Source: Oligoflexales bacterium
Lineage (GTDB): Bacteria; Bdellovibrionota_B; Oligoflexia; Oligoflexales; RGVZ01
NCBI GenBank assembly: GCA_044236265.1
Contig: JBIIGV010000099.1
Coordinates: 1-10,462 of the forward strand
DNA: 10,462 nt
Reading direction: 5' to 3'
This document shows positions 1-7,100 of this stretch, piece after piece. The notes below the pieces were generated by a model. It had not been told where the DNA came from. It searched no databases and saw nothing but the letters and a program-made list of their open reading frames with translations. The first letter of the stretch is position 1, and every line of letters starts with the position of its first letter. A program made the translations under genes and the position numbers.

Positions 1-255
1 CCCATCTGCTTTTGCTCGCACAGCCAAAACACTGACAAAGCCCGCTTTGCCGTCTTTAGTTTTGACTTGCCAGAACATGCCTTTTCTTTCAGAGGACGAA
101 ATTGTATCGCCTTTTTTCAGCTTGGTGATTACAGCCGATTTTTTGTCACCGGCCGTAAAAACTTCGACCCCGTCTTTTTGCGCTTCCAGCGTCCCCGCCA
201 ACGCAGCGGATGCGGGAAGAAGGCTCGCAACAATAAATTTTAGTAAGGTTTTCAT
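1..255 (-). CDS. Secreted SH3b (bacterial SH3_3-type) domain protein, 5' part; runs off the left edge
   Basis: Hand translation from ATG at 255 gives 85 open codons: MKTLLKFIVASLLPASAALA|GTLEAQKDGVEVFTAGDKKSAVITKLKKGDTISSSERKGMFWQVKTKDGKAGFVSVLAVRAKADG. It has a Sec signal peptide ending ALA, and SAVITKLKKGD...W-Q-V-K-T-x-D-G-K-x-G-F-V fits the SH3b pattern. SD GAGGTG lies at 266-261. Confidence 0.85.
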   Translation of the reverse strand, partial: MKTLLKFIVASLLPASAALAGTLEAQKDGVEVFTAGDKKSAVITKLKKGDTISSSERKGMFWQVKTKDGKAGFVSVLAVRAKADG

Positions 256-287
256 ACACTCACCTCTTATAGGATCGCATCGGCACC

Positions 288-392
288 ACCTGCAAACCAA
301 TGAGCTCGCGAAATAAGATCATTGATTTCGGGCCGTTAACGATTGCTTTTAGCGACCTTAGTTTGCGCGGTCTGGAGATTTCTACTCCGAGA
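288..392 (-). ncRNA. Candidate structured cis-regulatory leader RNA (GAAA hairpin plus three-way junction) upstream of the SH3b gene
   Basis: Stems found by eye: 390-392/371-373 and 385-388/374-377 around a GAAA loop; 358-366/292-300; 353-357/331-335; 325-330/309-314. The G-U wobbles work only on the minus strand. Confidence 0.4.
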
Positions 393-400
393 GTCACTAG

Positions 401-415
401 GTTATAATTTTATCA
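401..415. promoter_or_regulatory. Overlapping divergent sigma70-type -10 elements
   Basis: Plus strand: perfect TATAAT at 403-408, 6 nt before ATG 415. Minus strand: extended -10 TG-A-TAAAAT at 415-407. No convincing -35 on the plus strand. Confidence 0.5.
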
Positions 416-978
416 TGAAAGCTAAATTGTTGTTTATTAGTGGAGGCTCCTGGTCAGGTAAAACTGGGCGGGCGACCCAGATGGCTTCTTCAAGGGAAGA
501 CGTCGTTTGGCTTGGCACCGCTCTACCAACAAGTCCTAGCACCAGTGAGCGGATCGCAACCCTGAAAGCACAGCGCCCACAGACATGGGCCACTGTAGAT
601 ACCCCGTTTGATCTGACAAACAGCTTCTTATCAGCACGTAAACAGCACCCGCAGTCCCTCATTATCATTGACTCGGTGAGCCAGTGGATAGGCAACGAAA
701 TCGCCAAGCGCAGCAGCAAACATGATGAAGAGCAGCTGGCAAATATACTGCTTCGAGACACCGATGAACTTTGTCATCACATCCATCAGGACCCAGGCCC
801 TATCATCATGGTCTCAAGCGACTTTGGCACATCGCCGCCACCTCAAGATGCCGCATTACGAATTCTTCGTATGGTTACTGGGCGAGCGAACCAAGCCATT
901 GCTGATGTTTCGAATCAAGTGGAGCTCATGATGGCTGGCGTTGTGTTTTCGACAACAATGAAAACCTTTAGAAGTTAA
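415..978 (+). CDS. cobU: CobU/CobP-family protein (adenosylcobinamide kinase / cobinamide-phosphate guanylyltransferase-like), with degenerate active-site motifs
   Basis: 187 aa from ATG 415. The P-loop FISGGSWSGKT matches family LVTGGARSGKS; WLGTA matches YIATA; RI...RP.TW.TV; IIDSVSQWIGN matches LIDCLTLWLSN; GRANQAIADVSNQVELMMAG matches GRVNQxLAxxAxxVxLxVxG. The ORF-track TTG at 343 is an unlikely start because homology begins at M415. Confidence 0.85.
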   Translation: MKAKLLFISGGSWSGKTGRATQMASSREDVVWLGTALPTSPSTSERIATLKAQRPQTWATVDTPFDLTNSFLSARKQHPQSLIIIDSVSQWIGNEIAKRSSKHDEEQLANILLRDTDELCHHIHQDPGPIIMVSSDFGTSPPPQDAALRILRMVTGRANQAIADVSNQVELMMAGVVFSTTMKTFRS

Positions 979-1065
979 TTGGGACACTTGCAGTTTCTGG
1001 CCACCTGGCCGTGTCAAGATGTTAAGCAAATCATCCGAATAATTGATCACAGGAGACAAAAAACC

Positions 1066-1473
1066 ATGGCAGATAAAGACACGATCATCATCGAAAAAAA
1101 TCCCCCTGCAACGCGGTTTACGCCCCCACAGGAACTAAAAGTTTCGGCAAAGACTCTTGGGACAAAGCTTGTCTATGACCTGCCTGTTGCCAATCTTTCC
1201 CGCAGCGGCATGCTTCTCCAGTGCGCGAATGCTCGTCAAACTCCACCTTTTATAGAAAATACGCTTCTTGAAATTGAATTCACGACCACGCTCCGCGGTC
1301 AACCGCGACGCATTGCTTGTTTTGGAAAAGTGGTTCGTAAATTTTCAGAGAATCAAAATCTGCATTACGGCGTGCGCGTCATCCACAGCGACGAAAATGA
1401 CCAGGTCGAGTGGATGAGCCTCATCACCACATTTGAAAAAGCGATTCCCGCAAAAGTTCTGGATTTAGACTAA
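1066..1473 (+). CDS. Stand-alone PilZ-domain protein (RxxxR motif degenerate)
   Basis: 135 aa from ATG 1066 with SD AGGAGA at 1051-1056. N-L-S-R-S-G-M-L-L is the D/NxSxxG motif, and LLEIEF, GKVVR and YGVRVI are typical PilZ barrel strands, followed by a C-terminal helix. Confidence 0.8.
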   Translation: MADKDTIIIEKNPPATRFTPPQELKVSAKTLGTKLVYDLPVANLSRSGMLLQCANARQTPPFIENTLLEIEFTTTLRGQPRRIACFGKVVRKFSENQNLHYGVRVIHSDENDQVEWMSLITTFEKAIPAKVLDLD

Positions 1474-1500
1474 AAGTTTGTAACTATTGAACATCAAAAG

Positions 1501-1545
1501 AACTGCCACAATACTAGACAGCATTGTGGCAGTTTGTCTTTCTCT
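1501..1545 (+). terminator. Probable intrinsic terminator after the PilZ gene
   Basis: Perfect 12-bp inverted repeat AACTGCCACAAT (1501-1512) / ATTGTGGCAGTT (1523-1534), followed by T-rich TGTCTTTCTCT. Confidence 0.7.
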
Positions 1546-1573
1546 GACATCTGCAGCGCACCTTGAAAGTTAA

Positions 1574-1602
1574 TTGAGAAATTATTTTTTTCTTCGTAGT
1601 CT
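1574..1602 (+). promoter_or_regulatory. Possible sigma70 promoter for the nuclease-yacG pair
   Basis: TTGAGA (1574-1579), a 17-nt AT-rich spacer, then TAGTCT (1597-1602), about 30 nt upstream of ATG 1632. Confidence 0.35.
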
Positions 1603-1631
1603 CTCGCCACATAACCTAGGGGGACCGAGAG

Positions 1632-2180
1632 ATGGCAATACGCGCAATTCCGATCATAATCATGATGACGGTCGCCATCATCTATAACGGCTTGCTACGT
1701 GCGTCTGACAAAGACGACACCCCCGATAAGAAAACACCTGCTGAAATCACTCACTGTCGAGACGGAGACACTTGCCGCGTCGTCACAGAGTCTGGGCTTT
1801 GGTTTAATGCGAGACTGGCAGGCATTGACGCCCCAGAGGTGGAAAGCGCACGCAAACCAAAAAACGAAGGACAGCCACTTGGTCATCAGTCGCGTGATAC
1901 GCTAAGTGATCTCGTGGTGAAGAAGAAAAACACACAGATTCGCCAGGTAGACCTTGACCCATACAATCGTCCGGTCATTGAGATCTATATTGGCGAGGAG
2001 TGCATCAACATCAAACTTCTCGAGCTTGGACTGGCTGAAACCTACAAAGGTAAAACCAAACGAATTGACAAAGATAAATATTTGAACGCAGAATCTAAGG
2101 CAAGATCTGGAAAAGCGGGAATTTGGGGACTCAAGAACTATCTATCTCCTGAACAATGGCGGCGAGAGAACAAGAAATGA
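1632..2180 (+). CDS. Thermonuclease (staphylococcal nuclease/SNase family), exported or membrane-anchored
   Basis: DGDT, RLAGIDAPE, DPYNR, INxxLLxxGLA and AR.GK.GIW motifs are all present, so the catalytic and Ca-binding residues look intact. The hydrophobic N-terminus ends ...GLLRA|S. SD-like AGGGGGA lies at 1618-1624. Confidence 0.93.
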   Translation: MAIRAIPIIIMMTVAIIYNGLLRASDKDDTPDKKTPAEITHCRDGDTCRVVTESGLWFNARLAGIDAPEVESARKPKNEGQPLGHQSRDTLSDLVVKKKNTQIRQVDLDPYNRPVIEIYIGEECINIKLLELGLAETYKGKTKRIDKDKYLNAESKARSGKAGIWGLKNYLSPEQWRRENKK

Positions 2181-2431
2181 GTGAACACGAACACGGCGGC
2201 ACAAAACCGGGGGGACGCTCAAGTCCACGCATACGTAACGTCAGTTGTCCTAATTGTGGGAAGCTATCAATTTATAGTGAGCTAAATGCATTTCGCCCAT
2301 TCTGCAGTGAGAACTGCAAAACCGGCGATCTTGCCGCGTGGGCCAGTGACGAGTACCGACTGCCCACCAAAGAGCCTGCAGACTCCAATCCGGATGAACG
2401 TACAAGTCAAGACAATTACGAAGACATCTGA
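2177..2431 (+). CDS. yacG: DNA gyrase inhibitor YacG (zinc finger)
   Basis: VSCPNCGK...FRPFCSENCKTGDLAAWASDEYRLP matches YacG CPxCGK...RPFCSxRCxxxDLGxWAxxxYRIP, followed by an acidic tail. The start ATG overlaps the nuclease stop (ATGA, 2177-2180); 84 aa. Confidence 0.9.
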   Translation: MSEHEHGGTKPGGRSSPRIRNVSCPNCGKLSIYSELNAFRPFCSENCKTGDLAAWASDEYRLPTKEPADSNPDERTSQDNYEDI

Positions 2432-2456
2432 AGTCCAACAGATTTGTACTGGCTGA

Positions 2457-3053
2457 TTAACAACTCTTCTCAACAATAATAGTACGCCAGAGACGGTCTG
2501 AGCCTTCAGCTGCAGATTCCAATGAATCAAGCAAGACGCATCCGTGATCTATAAAAAACTGCGAGAGCTCGCCCAACGTCAACTCCGTGAATAGACGCCC
2601 GTCACCCTCACGCTCACTGGCCTGTCTAGACGGACGGACACTGCAAATCAGCTTACCACCAGATTTAATCACGCGAAGAATATTTTTCACAGCAGCCTGA
2701 ACATCTTGCCGAGGCAAATGCATAAGAACCGCAGAGCAAAGCGCATAGTCGAATGTTGAGGTTTTAGTGCTTGGCAATTCGGGTAGAACATCATAGCGGA
2801 AGGTTGCTTGCGGATAACGGGATTGGGCAGCCGCGATCAATCCTTGTGACGCATCCACGCCCTCGACCTCAAATCCCTGCTTCATCAACCAATCCACATC
2901 ACGCCCAGAGCCAGACCCAATATCGATAATCCTGGCTGGTGCGACAAAATATTTATGGACGAGCTGGCGCACCATCGCAGGCGTGCTCGACATCCAATCA
3001 GCGATGAATGAACTGGTTTCGGCGTCATAAACAGCGATTGTTTTCGGATCCAA
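2457..3053 (-). CDS. Class I SAM-dependent methyltransferase (small-molecule type)
   Basis: Motif I IIDIGSGSGRD, post-I VEGVDAS, motif II STFDYALC, AVLMHL and motif III ILRVIKSGGKL. Preferred start is TTG 3053 (MDPKTIAVYD), with GGAG about 8 nt upstream; the ORF-track TTG 3071 lies inside the terminator U-tract. Confidence 0.9.
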   Translation of the reverse strand: MDPKTIAVYDAETSSFIADWMSSTPAMVRQLVHKYFVAPARIIDIGSGSGRDVDWLMKQGFEVEGVDASQGLIAAAQSRYPQATFRYDVLPELPSTKTSTFDYALCSAVLMHLPRQDVQAAVKNILRVIKSGGKLICSVRPSRQASEREGDGRLFTELTLGELSQFFIDHGCVLLDSLESAAEGSDRLWRTIIVEKSC

Positions 3054-3069
3054 AATTTCTTCTCCAGAC

Positions 3070-3103
3070 AAAAAAAGACCCCATCGTTATCTGATGGGGT
3101 CTT
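3070..3103 (-). terminator. Intrinsic terminator of the lipoprotein gene
   Basis: Inverted repeat AAGACCCCATC (3075-3085) / GATGGGGTCTT (3093-3103) with a 7-nt loop and a 7-U tract on the minus strand (A7 at 3070-3076), 15 nt after the stop at 3119. Confidence 0.88.
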
Positions 3104-3118
3104 GCCTATTGTCGAGAC

Positions 3119-3835
3119 TTATTTGCCGTGTGCAATACGATTTGTAGGCTCTTGCTCTACAGTTCTTGGCATACCGACCATGTTTTGAACGACATGGATG
3201 TTACCCAAGGGAGAAAATGTTCCGTTCTCGAAACATTCCTTGCCACCGCGGCAAGCCTCTGTGCGAGTCTTGCAGGCACCGTCGACCATCTCTGCATAAC
3301 CCTTGATAGCGGCTTTGTGGCCAGCAACGTCCAAGACGGTTTGCAGCATGGCGTCATCGTCATGCATCGTTACTGGTGACAGATTAACGAAGCCAGCAGC
3401 GCGTTCAGTTAAATAGCTGAATCCGTGAGGACGAGCACCGTCGGCTCGTGTTACGGCGTCTGCCTTGTGCGACTCGTTTTCAGCGAAGACACCACTTAGC
3501 TCACGACCATTTCTTACGTCGGCCTGACTGTCGAAGATCACCCAGTAAATCTGGAATGGATTCCACTGGGTCGACTCATCAGCCTTGAGCGGCTTAGAGA
3601 ATCGACAGCGACCATCCTTTACTTCGGCGCTTGCCAGACCAGTATCCACAGCGATCACGTCACCCCACTTGGTAAATGAAATCGTGATTAAATTACGTCG
3701 CGCCATTGCTGACGCCGCTGTGACCTCACCGGACTCTCCATCTTTGAGAGTCGCGTTCGGCTCTTGCTGCTCACTACAAGCAACGAAGACGAAAAATAGG
3801 CAAAACAATATCTGCGTGACTGTTCTCGGGAGCAT
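3119..3835 (-). CDS. Hypothetical lipoprotein
   Basis: 238 aa with a strong SD (GAGGAGG) upstream of the ATG. Signal peptide II MLPRTVTQILFCLFFVFVA|C (Cys20). The gene has its own terminator. I recognise no family for the mature part. Confidence 0.8.
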   Translation of the reverse strand: MLPRTVTQILFCLFFVFVACSEQQEPNATLKDGESGEVTAASAMARRNLITISFTKWGDVIAVDTGLASAEVKDGRCRFSKPLKADESTQWNPFQIYWVIFDSQADVRNGRELSGVFAENESHKADAVTRADGARPHGFSYLTERAAGFVNLSPVTMHDDDAMLQTVLDVAGHKAAIKGYAEMVDGACKTRTEACRGGKECFENGTFSPLGNIHVVQNMVGMPRTVEQEPTNRIAHGK

Positions 3836-4181
3836 GTTCCCCTCCTCTATGGTGATTGCCTGATTTTGATGTATACTTTTTATAAAATAATTTTAAGCTT
3901 TTCAAGCAAAATTACCCCCCTCAAGTCATTGCAAGGGGTTAGACTGCAGCTGGCCGATCGGACAGTAACAAAAATGTACCAAGGACATCCCTTCCCGCAA
4001 TACATGATAGCGACGGGACACCGTAGGGCTTTGACAGCCCCTCAAGCCCTGCTGCCATGAGCGCAAGTATTGCCAAAAACACCTGGTTTGATTGGGAAAT
4101 AAAACCCCGACCCACTAACGGTCTAAAAATCCTTAAGTCCTCGACAAAATCAGCCGATTGGCTTCTTTTAAGGGGAGACCA

Positions 4182-7100
4182 TTGAGACCTCGACGGTTAC
4201 AAGGCCTGTCGTCAGATGTGGTGATATCGCTCATTGCGCTTGTCACATCTTGCAGCGCGCCCGAAAGCTCAGTTGAAGTTAAGACGACCCGCGAAGAAGC
4301 TGTAGCCAACTGTGACGCCAGGGGAAAGTGTATCAAGGACCCCAAAGGCTCAGTTCTCTACAACGACGACATCATAACTAAAAATAACATTCTTAAACGG
4401 TCCCAGAACGAAACGTTACTGACTCGCCTGATGAACCTTACAGATGAGCCGAGGCTTCTCGTTACCACCGACACAATGGAAAATCTTATGCGAGGCGTGA
4501 CCATAATCGGGGCGCTTGAAAACTGTGATTCGCTAAAAAAAATTGAGGGTGAAAATCCTACCTTGTCCCAGCTGAAATCTCTCGCCCAAGGTCGCTACAA
4601 AGTTTGTGTAGCCTATATTGGAGAGGGACTTGTAAAGAGGATTTATGCACTCGATGCCATTGAGGTGGACAAGACACCGCCAGTTGTTCAGGTTGGATTG
4701 ACTGCTTCCGGACCAACTGAAAATTCGGCCCAACTAACTTGGCAGAAAGCGTCCGATAATCTCTCATTAGAGGGCACGCTTTCTTTTTATGCTTACACGT
4801 CAACATCTCATTCATTGACATCTCTTGACGATGTTCAACAATATGGAAATCAGGCTTCAGTGCAAGTTATCAATAGCACGACCTTCGTGATCAAGAACCT
4901 TCAGGGAAACACGCTTTATCATGCAGCAATTGTGGTCATGGACGAGGCCGGCAATCAAGCTTTAGTCGGCGCGACCGACCTGCAAACTCTTGCAGACCTA
5001 ACGGCACCCTCGTCACCAAGTATCATCATCAATGCTAGTGCGAGCATCACAACCACGACATCCTCTAATCTTACCCTCAGCGCAGGTGATGCCAGCGAGA
5101 TGTATATTACAAATACAGCTACCTGCTCATCGGGTGGATCATGGGAGACTTATAACACATCAAAGTCGACCTGGATTCTCTCTCAAACTAATGCCACGGC
5201 CACTGTCTACGCAAAGTTTAGAGACATTGCCAATAACGAGACCGAATGCGTGAGTGATTCAATTGTTCATGACAACATTGCCCCGCAACCTCCTGCTATT
5301 ACGATTGCATCAAAAACTTTCAATGCCAGCTTTACGACATCGATTCAACAAAATGCAGTCTCTGACTCCAATTTCAAAGAATTCCGTTACACAACAACCG
5401 TGACGGAACCTACTTGCTCCTCGGGCACCGCCTCATCAACTCAGCCAACAAGCATCACGATCCCAGCGTCAAACACGACCTTAAAAGTCATCACCTGTGA
5501 CCAAGCAGGACAAGCTTCAACAGTGGCGCAGGCAACTTATACATTCGACAACACACGCCCTTCGGTAACCATCAGCTCAACGGCACAGGCGAACACTAAC
5601 GTCAGCCCGATCCCATTCACCATATCGTTTTCTGAGAGTGTGACTAACTTTGTCATTTCTGACTTAACCGTAAGTAACGGCACAACATCGGGATTCTCAG
5701 GATCAGGCAACACTTACACGGTAAACGTTATACCATCAGCACAAGGGGCGGTGACGATTGATATAGCGGCCGACGTGGCACAGGACGCCGCCACAAATGG
5801 CAACACTGCTGCGATACAATTATCAAGAACGTATGACACAGTATCTCCCAGTTCACCGAGTCTTAGCATCAACTCCGGAGCAAACTATACATCCAGCACA
5901 GCATCAACACTAACGTTGAGTGCTGATGGCAGTCCTGATCAAATGTACATTACAAACACGGCAGGCTGTGCATCCGGTGGTAGCTGGGAGGCCTATGCCA
6001 CGTCAAAATCCTGGACCTTAGGTCAAACAAATAGCACGACCACAGTCTATGCAAAGTTTAAAGACTTAGCTGGTAACGAGACTGCATGCGTAAATGACAC
6101 AATAATTCACGATAATAACGTGCCGCAGACGCCAGTCATTGTTGATGCCTCAAAATCTTTCAATTCTAGCTTCATGACATCGATTCAACAAAACTCAACT
6201 CCCGACACTAACTTCAAAGAATTCCGTTACACGACGACCGGAATAGACCCTAATTGTTCATCAGGTACAGCCTCATCGACTCAACCTACAAGCATCACGA
6301 TCCCAGCATCAAACACCACCTTAAAAGTCATCACCTGTGATCAGGTAAATCTTGCTTCCGCTGTGGTCACGTCGGTGTTTACTTATGATATAACTCCACC
6401 TAATGCTCCAAATGTTATGGGCATCACGCCAACTGCGAACACGACACCAGCCTGGACTTGGTCAAGCGGCGGGGGCGGAGGAAATGGCACATACAGGTAT
6501 AAATTAAATAGCCCGGATCTGTCCTCTGGAGCGACAGAAACGACCAGTTCTTCCTTCACGCCAGGATCTCCGCTAGCTGAGACCACGCATAGGTTATATG
6601 TACAGGAGCGCGATTCCTCCGGTAATTGGTCGACGTCGGGGAGCTTTGATATTCAAGTCGTGATACCGCCTGCCGCTCCGACATTAGCCACTCCCTATCG
6701 CTATACGTCATCGCTTGGAATAAACTGGAGTTCAGTCTCCGGTGCGACTTCATATAATCTCTATTGGTCAACTAGCGCTGGCGTCACAACAGACTCGACG
6801 AAGATCTCTAATGTCTCATCCGTATACACCCATTCGCCGCTAACCGGAGGCACCACATATTATTACAAACTTGCTGCTGTTAAGAGCGGAATTGAAGGAA
6901 CGCTTTCAAATGAAGTCAATGCCGTTCCGTACACCTTTGTGGCACCAACGATATCTACTTTGTTGCCAAACTCAGGCTCTGCGGCTGGGAGTACAGCTGT
7001 GACCATCACAGGTTCCGGATTTCAGTCCGGTGCAACTGTGACAATTGGTGGCAATTCGGCGACCGCTGTTACGGTCGTAAATTCGACCTCCATTACAGCG

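Noticed and set aside
47..316. 89-aa plus-strand ORF
   Set aside because: It is the antisense shadow of the SH3b gene, which has the SD, signal peptide and domain motif.
256..414. Cobalamin riboswitch upstream of the cobU-like gene
   Set aside because: No B12-box or GGGAA...GCCACUG core is visible, and the -10 position implies essentially no plus-strand leader.
2432..2456. Terminator between yacG and the methyltransferase
   Set aside because: Only a weak mismatched stem (AGTCCAA/TTGTACT) with no U-tract.
402..2530. Short overlapping ORFs (402-761, 722-931, 856-1059, 1695-1886, 1699-1905, 2250-2438, 2282-2530)
   Set aside because: They overlap well-supported genes in other frames or on the other strand and show no recognisable motifs.
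1632..3053. Nuclease plus methyltransferase as a restriction-modification or defence module
   Set aside because: The methyltransferase lacks the (D/N)PP(Y/F) and PC catalytic motifs and looks like a small-molecule enzyme. The nuclease is a non-specific exported SNase, and the genes are convergent.
4070..4130. c-di-GMP-I or cobalamin riboswitch before the adhesin gene (GGGAA and GGTCTAA words)
   Set aside because: The isolated words lack the required stems and motif order.
3128..4345. ORFs 3128-3379, 3157-3363, 3585-3863, 3866-4060 and 4133-4345
   Set aside because: Four are shadows of the lipoprotein genes. The intergenic 64-aa ORF at 3866 has no clear SD or motif and begins in promoter-like AT-rich DNA.
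6462..6487. G-rich tract encoding SSGGGGGNG as a phase-variation site
   Set aside because: The longest G run is only 6 nt and the Gly codons are mixed, so it reads as an ordinary glycine loop.
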